Below, in pieces: positions 54,440 to 63,607 of a DNA stretch of 64,000 nt; the first letter of the stretch is position 1; each line of letters begins with the position of its first letter. The notes below the pieces were generated by a model. The model saw nothing but the letters and a program-made list of their open reading frames with translations. It was not told the origin of the DNA and searched no databases. The stretch covers positions 22,047 to 86,046 of the forward strand of contig JBFXGX010000005.1 in NCBI GenBank assembly GCA_050177605.1, given 5' to 3'. The position numbers and the translations under genes are program-made. This DNA is from Candidatus Izemoplasmatales bacterium. Lineage in GTDB: Bacteria; Bacillota_I; Bacilli_A; Izemoplasmatales; Hujiaoplasmataceae.

Positions 54440-55705
54440 TCACTCCTCTACATAAGTAATTTCAGCACCTAATTTTTCTAAATCTTTAAAAAAGTCAGGA
54501 TAGGATTTGTTTATCGCTTCTGCGTGTCTAATATAGACATTACTTGAAGCTCTAGAAGCCGCGACTGCGACACTCATAACAATACGATGGTCTTGGTAAC
54601 TATCAAAAACTCCGCCTTCAAGTGTGTCTTTACCTTCAATCACGAGATAATCTTCGCCCATTGTCACATTCACCCCAAGTTTAACCAAGGTTTCATAAGT
54701 AGATAAGAGTCGATTCGATTCTTTCATTTTTAGCCTTGAAGCATTGATAATTCTGGTTGTGCCTGAACTTAATGCACCTAATATACCCAGTATTGGAGCG
54801 ATATCTGGACACTGCGAAACATCAATATCGATACCATTGGTCTCGGAACGATAGAAATTGATTCCGTTTTTGGTATATTCGAATTTACCCCCCATTTGTG
54901 ATACATAGTCGAGGATAGCCTTATCAGGTTGTTTTGAGTTAAAAGGTATATTTTTACAATAAATATCATCACTAATCGAACCAAGTACTGCGAAAAACGC
55001 TAGTTGAGAATAATCTCCTTCAACCGTTATATTGTTACTATGATATGTTTGATTTCCAGGAATCAAATATCCTTCGTTGGTTTCAATGATTCGAACTTGG
55101 AATTCTCTTAATGTATCAATTGTCATATCAATATATTGCTTGGATTCCAAATTACCCTCAATAATAATCGTTGAATCACCCTTTGTTAAAGGCAAAGCAA
55201 ATAGTAATCCGGAGATGAATTGGGACGAAATATTTCCAGGAACACGGAAAGTTCCATTTGTTAATCCTCCAGAAATAATGATGGATTCATCGTTTTTTTG
55301 AAATGACATTCTATTTTGATCGAATAAATCTTCATAAACACTCATTGGTCTTTTAAAAAGACTTCTTTTACCGGTAAAAACAACTTTTTCCTTTGCAAGT
55401 GCAAATATTGGAATAATGAAACGGAGAGTCGAACCTGATTCATTGCATTCAACAAAGTTATCATCACTTACACTTATTTTTTTTATACCTGTGACAACTA
55501 ATTCGTGCTCGCTTTTCGTGAATTTTGCGCCAAGTTTTTCCATAGCGCCAATCGTTGCGAGAACATCTTCGCTATAGGCGATATTGGATATTACAGATTT
55601 TCCCCTAGATAAAGAAGCTGCGATAATCGCACGATGAGATTGACTTTTTGATGGTGGAATGACTACGCTACCTTTTAAAGGTTTAGGTCTAATAATCACA
55701 TTCAT
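54440..55705 (-). CDS. aroA: EPSP synthase
   Basis: PPSKSQSHR, ESGSTLR, SSQFISG, KESNR, DHRIVM, KSYPDF. Confidence 0.96.
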   Translation of the reverse strand: MNVIIRPKPLKGSVVIPPSKSQSHRAIIAASLSRGKSVISNIAYSEDVLATIGAMEKLGAKFTKSEHELVVTGIKKISVSDDNFVECNESGSTLRFIIPIFALAKEKVVFTGKRSLFKRPMSVYEDLFDQNRMSFQKNDESIIISGGLTNGTFRVPGNISSQFISGLLFALPLTKGDSTIIIEGNLESKQYIDMTIDTLREFQVRIIETNEGYLIPGNQTYHSNNITVEGDYSQLAFFAVLGSISDDIYCKNIPFNSKQPDKAILDYVSQMGGKFEYTKNGINFYRSETNGIDIDVSQCPDIAPILGILGALSSGTTRIINASRLKMKESNRLLSTYETLVKLGVNVTMGEDYLVIEGKDTLEGGVFDSYQDHRIVMSVAVAASRASSNVYIRHAEAINKSYPDFFKDLEKLGAEITYVEE

Positions 55706-56547
55706 GAGTTATTCTTCTTTTCAATTTTAAGACGTTTTTCTCTCGAATCGACCATCAATCGTTTTAATTCTTCCCTGTTTTCGGTTAACATTGCATTTTT
55801 ATATTGATCTAGATAATTTTCAAACGCTTCGATTTTTTCTAACAAAAACTCTTTGTTTGATAAAAAGAGTTCACTCCATAATCCTTCATTAATCATCGAT
55901 ATTCTAGTTAAATCGCGGTAAGAATCTCCGATAAATTTGGAGGTATCAAATGCATTTGATTCACTATTGACTAGCGCTAAAGAGATTACATGCGTTAATT
56001 GAGAAGTATAAGCAATGATATTATCATGTTCTAGTGGAGATAAATAGGATATATTTTTAAATCCCATTGTTGTCGCAAGCATTTCGACAACAGCTAGCGT
56101 CTCCTTCGTGTTTCTTGATACGGGAACGATGACAAAATTAGCCTTTAGAAAAATCGAAGGATTCGCGAATTCAACTCCCTTTTTTTCTCTACCAGCAATT
56201 GGATGAGTATACACAAGCTCATAATGAGGCATTTGGACTTGTTCAAGTTCAGAAATCAAAGCCGATTTTACCCCTGAAATTTCCACAATGATTGTGCCTG
56301 GTTCTATATACGGATTCGCTTTTATTAAGAATTCTTTGATGGAGTGGGGGTATAAGCAAATGAATACAACCTTGGTATTATGAAAAAAAAGTTCAAGATT
56401 CAGCGTACCTTCTTGAATGATTTTATTTGTTTTTGCATACGATAAAGCATCTGAATTGATATCAAACGCAATGATTTCGTTATTTTGATTTAAAGACAAC
56501 GCGATTGAGCCCCCCATGAGCCCTAATCCAACAATTCCGATTTTCAT
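55702..56547 (-). CDS. tyrA: Prephenate/arogenate dehydrogenase
   Basis: GLGLMGGS, HPIAGRE, HD..IAYTSQLTH, SYRDLTRI, LW. Confidence 0.93.
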   Translation of the reverse strand: MKIGIVGLGLMGGSIALSLNQNNEIIAFDINSDALSYAKTNKIIQEGTLNLELFFHNTKVVFICLYPHSIKEFLIKANPYIEPGTIIVEISGVKSALISELEQVQMPHYELVYTHPIAGREKKGVEFANPSIFLKANFVIVPVSRNTKETLAVVEMLATTMGFKNISYLSPLEHDNIIAYTSQLTHVISLALVNSESNAFDTSKFIGDSYRDLTRISMINEGLWSELFLSNKEFLLEKIEAFENYLDQYKNAMLTENREELKRLMVDSREKRLKIEKKNNS

Positions 56548-56686
56548 AATTTACCTCGTTCTTATTTGTATCTATTTTATCATAAATATAGAGAAATACA
56601 TCGAAAAACAAAAAAATCAATGATTTCGTCTTTTAGAATTTGATTTATATCAAATCTAAACTATGATATAATTAATTGTTAAGAAG

Positions 56687-57208
56687 GTGAAGCTAGTGTA
56701 TACAGAAATTAATGTATTTGATTATGCAAATGAAGTCTTAAAAAAGATGAGTCCTGGGTTGTTTCTAAACACCTCTTTTGAAGGAATAGATAATACAATG
56801 ATTATCGGTTGGGGTGGAATCAATGTAGAATGGGGAAGACCTATTTTTATTGTACTTGTAAGAGACTCTAGAGCTACCTATGATTTGATTGAAAAATCAG
56901 GTGAATTTACCGTTAGTGTCCCAATGAAAAATAAATTGTTACGTGAAATTGGAATTTGTGGGACTAAATCGCTAAGAGATATGGACAAATTTGATGTCTG
57001 TAATCTTACTAAAGTAAAAGGTAGAAAAGTGAATACACCAATCATTGGTGAATGTAATCTTCACTATGAATGTAAGGTTGTCTATAAACAAACATTAAAT
57101 GCAAGTGCAATCCCTGGATATATCACCTCAAGATATTATAATAATAATGCGATTCATACAGTTTATTATGGAGAAATCATCGATCAATATTTATACGATA
57201 AGGAATGA
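56687..57208 (+). CDS. Flavin reductase-like family protein
   Basis: NTMIIGWG, GEFTVS, CGTKSLRDMDK, YECKV, HTVYYGEI; start may be GTG 56696. Confidence 0.85.
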   Translation: MKLVYTEINVFDYANEVLKKMSPGLFLNTSFEGIDNTMIIGWGGINVEWGRPIFIVLVRDSRATYDLIEKSGEFTVSVPMKNKLLREIGICGTKSLRDMDKFDVCNLTKVKGRKVNTPIIGECNLHYECKVVYKQTLNASAIPGYITSRYYNNNAIHTVYYGEIIDQYLYDKE

Positions 57209-57212
57209 TAAT

Positions 57213-58067
57213 ATGATAGTAATTGATGGAAGCGAAGTAGCAAAGCAAATCAGAATAAAAGTAAAAAAAGAAGTAGCGTCCCTTGTGGAAAAATATCAAG
57301 TCGTGCCACATTTAGCCGTCATTTTAATTGGAAATAACCCCGCAAGTGAATCCTATGTTAGCGGGAAAGAAAAAGCATGTGAAAAAACAGGGATTCAAAG
57401 CACGGTGATCAGGCTCAATACCGATGTGACTACAAAAGAAGTATTCGAAGTAATTGAAAACTTGAACCAAGATCCTTTGGTTCATGGAATTTTACTACAA
57501 TTACCCATTCCTCAACACCTAGATAGCGAGTTCTTGATTGATGCCATTCGTGACAAGAAAGATGTCGACGGATTTACTTCAAAAAACATCTCTAAATTAT
57601 ATGCCGGAAAAAAAGGAATGGTTCCTTGTACGCCAAAAGGTATTATGACGCTTCTCGATTACTACAATATTGATATCGAATCAAAACAATGTACTGTTTT
57701 AGGAAGAAGTCAAATCGTCGGAAAACCGATGGCCAACCTACTACTAAACAGGAACGGAACAGTAACAATTTGTCATTCTAGAACCAAAGATCTAGCTACA
57801 GTATGTAAAAACGCCGATATTCTAGTCGTTGCGGTAGGAAAACCAAAAATGGTTGACAAATCGTTCGTTAAAGAAGGCGCAACTGTCATTGATGTAGGAA
57901 TTAACAGAGTCGATGGCGTCATTGTAGGCGACGTTGATTTTGAAAGTGTTTCATCGGTTGCGGCTTATCTAACCCCTGTTCCAAAAGGCGTGGGGCCAAT
58001 GACCATTGCAACTTTACTAGAAAACACCTTAGAGTGTTATAAATTGATTGTTGGAGAAAACATATGA
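57213..58067 (+). CDS. folD: Methylenetetrahydrofolate dehydrogenase/cyclohydrolase
   Basis: IDG, HGILLQLP, KDVDG, PCTP, GRSQIVGKP, PVPKGVGPMT; true start ATG 57213. Confidence 0.97.
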   Translation: MIVIDGSEVAKQIRIKVKKEVASLVEKYQVVPHLAVILIGNNPASESYVSGKEKACEKTGIQSTVIRLNTDVTTKEVFEVIENLNQDPLVHGILLQLPIPQHLDSEFLIDAIRDKKDVDGFTSKNISKLYAGKKGMVPCTPKGIMTLLDYYNIDIESKQCTVLGRSQIVGKPMANLLLNRNGTVTICHSRTKDLATVCKNADILVVAVGKPKMVDKSFVKEGATVIDVGINRVDGVIVGDVDFESVSSVAAYLTPVPKGVGPMTIATLLENTLECYKLIVGENI

Positions 58068-59359
58068 TAGAACGTTATTCAAGAGAAAAAATGGTTTCGG
58101 TTTGGTCTGACGAGTCAAAATTCAAAGCTTTTTTAGAAATCGAATTACTCAATATGGAAGCTTTAAATAAGCTTGGTTTAGTCACGTCCGAAGAAGTATT
58201 ATTAGCTAGAAAAAACGCTAAGTTTGATATTTCAGAAATTGAATCTCTTGAACAAATACATAAACATGATGTCATCGCTTTTACTCGTAATGTATCCTCC
58301 TATTTGGGAAATGAAAAAAGATGGATTCATTACGGTCTCACTTCTACAGATGTTGTTGATACAGCACTTGGCATCAGATTTAAACAAGCAAATGATATTA
58401 TCGAAGAAGATTTATTAGAGTTTCAAAACGTATTAAAAGAAAAGGCCTATCTTTATCAAAACACCTATTGCATTGGTAGAACTCATGGAATTCATGCGGA
58501 TATCACTGTTTTTGGTTTAAAATGGGCGTTATGGTATGATGAATTTAATCGTCACCTATCACGTTTTAGAAACGTTAGAAAAGAAGTAGAAGTTGGCAAA
58601 ATTAGTGGAGCCGTAGGAAATTATGCGTTTGTAGATCCTTTTGTTGAAACCTACATCTGTCAAAAAGCTGGATTACAACAAGCTCATATTTCAACACAAA
58701 CTTTACAACGAGATCGTATTGCCTCCTATTTATCCGTTATTTCGTTGATTGCGACCTCTCTTGAGAAGATTGCTTTGGAGATAAGGCATTTACAAAGAAC
58801 AGAAGTTGGTGAAGTCATGGAATCATTTTCTTCTAGCCAAAAAGGCTCTTCTGCTATGCCACATAAAAAAAATCCAATATCTAGTGAAAATATTACAGGA
58901 TTAGCGAGAGTGATAAGAGGGTATATGATTCCTGCATTTGAAGATATCCCATTATGGCACGAGCGCGATATCTCTCATTCCTCTGTGGAAAGAATTATCT
59001 TACCTGATGCGACGACTTTGATTGACTATATGTTGAATCGTTATCAAGGTGTTCTGTCTACTTTGATTGTGAATGAAGATCAAATGCTTCAAAATATTCA
59101 AAAAACCCATGGCGTTATCTTTTCTCAAAGAATTCTTACAAAACTCATTGAAAAAGGTGCATCCAGAGAAGAAGCCTATGATCTTGTTCAAGGCTTAACG
59201 AAACAAGCTTATCTTTCATCCACGCCTTTCCAACAACTATTACTAGAAAATTCAGCTATCCAATCAAAATTAACTACGGATGAAATCAAAGATTGTTTCA
59301 CATTAGAATTTTATAAGTTACATGTTCATGAAATATATCAAAAAGTATTTTCTTCCTAG
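58064..59359 (+). CDS. purB: Adenylosuccinate lyase
   Basis: MIERYSR, HYGLTSTD, GRTHG, GSSAMPHKKNP, WHERDISHS. Confidence 0.98.
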   Translation: MIERYSREKMVSVWSDESKFKAFLEIELLNMEALNKLGLVTSEEVLLARKNAKFDISEIESLEQIHKHDVIAFTRNVSSYLGNEKRWIHYGLTSTDVVDTALGIRFKQANDIIEEDLLEFQNVLKEKAYLYQNTYCIGRTHGIHADITVFGLKWALWYDEFNRHLSRFRNVRKEVEVGKISGAVGNYAFVDPFVETYICQKAGLQQAHISTQTLQRDRIASYLSVISLIATSLEKIALEIRHLQRTEVGEVMESFSSSQKGSSAMPHKKNPISSENITGLARVIRGYMIPAFEDIPLWHERDISHSSVERIILPDATTLIDYMLNRYQGVLSTLIVNEDQMLQNIQKTHGVIFSQRILTKLIEKGASREEAYDLVQGLTKQAYLSSTPFQQLLLENSAIQSKLTTDEIKDCFTLEFYKLHVHEIYQKVFSS

Positions 59360-59370
59360 GAGGGATTCGT

Positions 59371-61305
59371 TTGAAAAAACTCGGACTCGTTATTATCCTA
59401 TTTATGGTGTTTCTAACACCTTCTTTGGTAATGGCCGATGCCGACACCTCATCCTTAACAACCTTAAGAAATCAAGTATCGGATTGTATTAATGTTCAAA
59501 ATGCATCGGCGCATTATGAAGAGAATTCATATAATGCATTCTATAATGAACTCACATCACTTGGTGGTTTAGCGGCAGTGGATGCAATCATTTCAGATCC
59601 ATTATCTTTACAAACGACGATCGATCAAATGAGCGCTGATTTAGAACGAATCTTATCCTATCTTACAATAGACTCAACTTATATCGCAGTGATGAATCAT
59701 TATTATACTGAGAAATCACGAGTACTGACTACTTATACCGCAAGATCCATCGCAATCTATGAAGCCGAACTATCTAGAATTAAGAATTTACTAGATGATC
59801 CAACAACTGGAGAAGCAATGTTTGCGACGCTCAATACAGATATTACTGCTTCGTCTAGTCTTCTAGTATTATTAGGAGACAAAACCGATTTGTTAAGCGC
59901 TTCAGCTGAGGCGGAGGCTATTTATCTAGATGGTGATTTATATTTGCCACAAACCTACATATTATTTGTTCAGGCATATGATGCAATTAACGGAATACTA
60001 TCGGTATCCATCGGGTTTACCAAAGAACAAGTGATTGCTAGCGCTGACGCTTCAGTTAACGAAGTGAATGAGACTTTGGTTGAAATCAATCATGCACTCA
60101 GTCTCTTAGTAATGAAACCAGATAAAACAGATTTTACTACCTATTATGATAATCTTCTAATTTCTTTAGATGAAGAATTGTATACACCAGATTCTGTTTC
60201 TAATTACAAATCAGAAATAGAATCAATCAACCAAGAAGCACTGAAAGATGAAACGACATCAGCGGAATTAGAGGGGTATCTAGCAGACCTAGTCAATGCA
60301 AATAATCTTTTGGTTCTTCGCGCAGATACATCGATTCTGGAAGAATTAAACAATCAAGCAATTATTGGATATTATGAAGAAAAATCACTTTATACAGAAG
60401 ATAGTTATCAATTATTTAAAACAGCTGTTTTAGCTTATGGAAGTTATCTATCGATTAACGCCAAAATGAATGACGCGAATATAACGCAAGCTGAGGTGGA
60501 TGCCTTATCTGCGGAGATTCAAAACGCGTTAGATCTTCTAGAACGCCAACAAGACAATACTGTATTACTTGAAATTTATCAAGAACGGATTTTATCAGAC
60601 GATACAATATATACACCAAACTCGGTTATTTTATATAATGATGAACTTGCGCGAATATCCGTATTAATCGAAAGCAAAAATTTAAATGAATCTCTTTATA
60701 ACGAAACATTATTAGCACTAAATAATGTTAGCCAATTATTAGTTTTAAAAGCAGATTACAGCCTATTAGTTGCGTTATATAATACTGCGCTTACCTATGA
60801 CAAAGAAGATTATTCGAATTCGTCCTATTTATATTTACAACGGATGATTGATGAAAGCGAAGCAATCATCACCAATCCAAACATAGATCAAACGTCTGTT
60901 AATACAATGGTTGCCTCCCTGCATACCGCTATAGATCAGTTAAAAAAACCAATTGGATTAATCACAATCCATGCTGGGGATGAATTTAATATTTTAGACT
61001 ATGTAACGATGGGAGAAGCGTCTATTCAAGGAATCACTTCAAGTAATAGTAGTGTCCTATCTGTAGATGGATTTGGAAACACACACGGTATTAAATTTGG
61101 TGAAAGTGTTGTGACCGTTTATTTGTCCAGTGGAATTACAGAAACAATTCAAGTATTAGTGAAAGAAAATGTATCTACATTAACTTTGTCGCTTGCTATT
61201 TTAGTTCCTGTACTTGCGAGTGGTTTGGCCGCGATGACATTATACTTTAAACCAGAAGCTTTTAAGCTTGGAGTAAATCGATTATGGAAAAAAATCAAGA
61301 AATAA
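59371..61305 (+). CDS. Membrane-anchored surface protein with ~7 FIVAR-like helical repeats and an Ig-like (Big_2-like) domain
   Basis: Signal peptide; recurring Y-T-x-x-S...Q..V/ID...L repeats; SSNSSVLSVDGFG; C-terminal TM plus basic tail. Confidence 0.7.
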   Translation: MKKLGLVIILFMVFLTPSLVMADADTSSLTTLRNQVSDCINVQNASAHYEENSYNAFYNELTSLGGLAAVDAIISDPLSLQTTIDQMSADLERILSYLTIDSTYIAVMNHYYTEKSRVLTTYTARSIAIYEAELSRIKNLLDDPTTGEAMFATLNTDITASSSLLVLLGDKTDLLSASAEAEAIYLDGDLYLPQTYILFVQAYDAINGILSVSIGFTKEQVIASADASVNEVNETLVEINHALSLLVMKPDKTDFTTYYDNLLISLDEELYTPDSVSNYKSEIESINQEALKDETTSAELEGYLADLVNANNLLVLRADTSILEELNNQAIIGYYEEKSLYTEDSYQLFKTAVLAYGSYLSINAKMNDANITQAEVDALSAEIQNALDLLERQQDNTVLLEIYQERILSDDTIYTPNSVILYNDELARISVLIESKNLNESLYNETLLALNNVSQLLVLKADYSLLVALYNTALTYDKEDYSNSSYLYLQRMIDESEAIITNPNIDQTSVNTMVASLHTAIDQLKKPIGLITIHAGDEFNILDYVTMGEASIQGITSSNSSVLSVDGFGNTHGIKFGESVVTVYLSSGITETIQVLVKENVSTLTLSLAILVPVLASGLAAMTLYFKPEAFKLGVNRLWKKIKK

Positions 61306-62129
61306 GTTATCAAGAAAAATTGAATACCGCTTTTCAATACCTTCAGAAAACATTGTTATTGAAACCAGAAATACTACTTATTTTAGGATCCGGACTGGGT
61401 GGATTTACGGATCATTTATCTATCATTCAAACCGTTCCATTTTCCGCTATCCCTTATTTTCCAACGACTCAAGTCGTTGGACATCAATCAACACTTGTCC
61501 TTGCGAAGTATCTTGAAACACCTTTATTAATTATGAAAGGAAGGAATCATTACTATCAAGGGTTTACCGATGAAGAAATGAGACTTCCTCTTCAGCTTTT
61601 TGCATTGTTAGGGGTTAACAAACTAATCAACACCAACGCTTGTGGTGGCATGAATCCAACATTCCAACCAGGAGATATTATGTTGATAGAAGACCATATT
61701 AATATGATGGGAAGAAATCCTCTGAATGGAGACAATCTAGATTCGATTGGCCCTCGCTTTTTTGATATGAGTGAACCCTATGATCAAAAATGGATTCAGA
61801 TGGTGCAGAAAATTGCGGTGAATCATAAGATCCTACTTCAAAAAGGTGTTTATGTTAGTTATTTTGGTCCAAACTATGAAACGAAAGCCGAAATCAAAGC
61901 CTTTCGTCAACTGGGAGGAGATGCTGTTGGAATGTCCACAGTTCCCGAAGTTTTGGTTGCAAGGCACGCCGGAATGCGAGTTCTCGGACTCAGCGTTATT
62001 ACCAATATGTCCACTGGCTTAAGTGAGAAACAATTATCTCATGATGAGGTGATTGAAGTATCGAGTAGAGTATCAAAAAACTTATCTACTTTATTGCAAG
62101 AATTTATTAAACATATAAATAATTCTTGA
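61284..62129 (+). CDS. punA: Purine-nucleoside phosphorylase (trimeric type)
   Basis: ILGSGLG, GRNHYYQG, TNACGG, GPNYET, VGMSTVPE, ITN. Confidence 0.95.
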   Translation: MEKNQEISYQEKLNTAFQYLQKTLLLKPEILLILGSGLGGFTDHLSIIQTVPFSAIPYFPTTQVVGHQSTLVLAKYLETPLLIMKGRNHYYQGFTDEEMRLPLQLFALLGVNKLINTNACGGMNPTFQPGDIMLIEDHINMMGRNPLNGDNLDSIGPRFFDMSEPYDQKWIQMVQKIAVNHKILLQKGVYVSYFGPNYETKAEIKAFRQLGGDAVGMSTVPEVLVARHAGMRVLGLSVITNMSTGLSEKQLSHDEVIEVSSRVSKNLSTLLQEFIKHINNS

Positions 62130-62173
62130 TTAATGAACTCGTTTTACATATAATGACTTTGGGGAGTGATAAA

Positions 62174-62446
62174 ATGTCGACAAAAAGGTATTTATATCGA
62201 GATACTGAAAACCAAAAAATATTTGGTGTCGCGAAAGGATTAGCAGATTATTTAGACCTAGATGTAACTGTGGTTAGAGTTATTTGGCTAGTCTTAGTTT
62301 TCTGTGCAGGGACAGGAATCTTAGCTTATATCATTATGGCCTTAGTGGTTGATCCAAAAGATGTAGTTATGGCCAAAGCTTATCAAGAAGAAAAAAAGAA
62401 GACTGTAGTGGATAACGACGATCCATTCGCAAAATACGATAAATAA
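62174..62446 (+). CDS. PspC domain protein
   Basis: LYRD...IFGVAKGLADYL...VRV...YIIMALVV; ATG 62174 after GGGGAG. Confidence 0.9.
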   Translation: MSTKRYLYRDTENQKIFGVAKGLADYLDLDVTVVRVIWLVLVFCAGTGILAYIIMALVVDPKDVVMAKAYQEEKKKTVVDNDDPFAKYDK

Positions 62447-62453
62447 TCAATTT

Positions 62454-62482
62454 AAAGGCACCGTGTCATCGGTGCCTTTTTT
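62454..62482 (+). terminator. Terminator after the pspC-like gene
   Basis: AAAGGCACCG-TGTCAT-CGGTGCCTTTTTT. Confidence 0.88.
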
Positions 62483-62483
62483 C

Positions 62484-62549
62484 TTTACATTTCTTTTACA
62501 TAAGGTTTACGAACCTTTGATATTTTGATTTTACATTGTTTTGTACAAT
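62484..62549 (+). promoter_or_regulatory. Pho-box-like direct repeats and -10 of the pst operon
   Basis: TTTACA 62484, TTTACA 62495, TTTACG 62506, TTGATA 62517 (11-bp period); TTTACA 62530; TACAAT 62544. Confidence 0.75.
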
Positions 62550-62591
62550 AGAGTCGTAATCAAATATAAAAAAGGGAGAGTTTTTATACAA

Positions 62592-63542
62592 ATGAGAAAA
62601 ATATTATTAACCTTAAGCTTTTTATTCGCGGCAGTTGCTTTCTATGGATGTAGCGGCGATACAACTACAGAAGCAACCTTTGATTCTACTAGCAACATCA
62701 CAGTTTATACTAGAGATACAACCTCTGGAACAAGAGAAGCGTTCTTCAAAGGCATTGGCTATGATGAAGCAGTGAAAGATAACACAAAATTAGTCAGCAC
62801 TTATGTTGAAGTTGACGGAAACGGTTCAATGATTACCAGCGTTCAAAATGATACATTCGGTATTGGATATATCAGTTTATCCTCTTTAGAAGGTACTGGA
62901 CTCGTTGGATTAAACTTTGAAGGCGTTGAAGCAACAAAAGACAATGTGTTAAATGGAACTTACGGATTACAACGACCATTTAATTATATTGTAAGATCTG
63001 ATTGGTCAGGAATGGATACAGAACATCAAATCGTTGAAGCGTTTGTGGCTTATATGTCTACAGTAGATGGAAAAGCTACAATTGCCGCTAAACATGGTAT
63101 TTTAGAATCTTCTTCAAATGATGTATTATGGGATAGCATTAAATCAAATTATGAAGTATGTAGTTTAGATAATTCAAACGTAACAATCTACTTTGGTGGG
63201 TCAACATCGGTAGAATCTATCGCAAAAGCATTATCCGCTGAATTCAGCGCAAAATGTGGTAACTTCATTGCAGAACACAACCATACAGGTTCGGGAGATG
63301 CTTATATTCGTACCCAAGGAAGCGAAGCTGATGGCGCAAACAAACTACATATCGGATTTGCTTCACGTGCTTTCAGTTTAACGACAACTGAACCAGCTGC
63401 CGCAAATACAACAGGATTAATCTGTTTAGATGCAGTTGTTATCGTACTCAATGGTGACAACCCATTAATTACCAACATTACAGCTGATGAAATCAAAAAG
63501 ATTTATGCAGGTGAATTAACCACTTGGAGTGAAGTAGAATAA
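62592..63542 (+). CDS. pstS: Phosphate ABC transporter substrate-binding lipoprotein (circularly permuted PstS)
   Basis: Lipobox FYGC; RDTTSGTR, GIGYIS, RPF precede GGSTSV, TGSG, IGFASR, IYAGELTTW; followed by pstC. Confidence 0.88.
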   Translation: MRKILLTLSFLFAAVAFYGCSGDTTTEATFDSTSNITVYTRDTTSGTREAFFKGIGYDEAVKDNTKLVSTYVEVDGNGSMITSVQNDTFGIGYISLSSLEGTGLVGLNFEGVEATKDNVLNGTYGLQRPFNYIVRSDWSGMDTEHQIVEAFVAYMSTVDGKATIAAKHGILESSSNDVLWDSIKSNYEVCSLDNSNVTIYFGGSTSVESIAKALSAEFSAKCGNFIAEHNHTGSGDAYIRTQGSEADGANKLHIGFASRAFSLTTTEPAAANTTGLICLDAVVIVLNGDNPLITNITADEIKKIYAGELTTWSEVE

Positions 63543-63560
63543 TTATTCAAAAGTTTAGTG

Positions 63561-63584
63561 CTAGACACCTAAGTGGGTGTCTAG
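63561..63584 (+). other. Intercistronic stem-loop between pstS and pstC (mRNA stabiliser or partial terminator)
   Basis: CTAGACACC-TAAGTG-GGTGTCTAG. Confidence 0.65.
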
Positions 63585-63607
63585 TCTTTGCTGTTTAAGG
63601 AGTTTAC

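Noticed and set aside
54440..54442. Possible genetic code 4 (UGA=Trp) given the Mollicutes-like character
   Set aside because: TGA ends aroA and punA at their expected C-termini, and long genes are intact under code 11.
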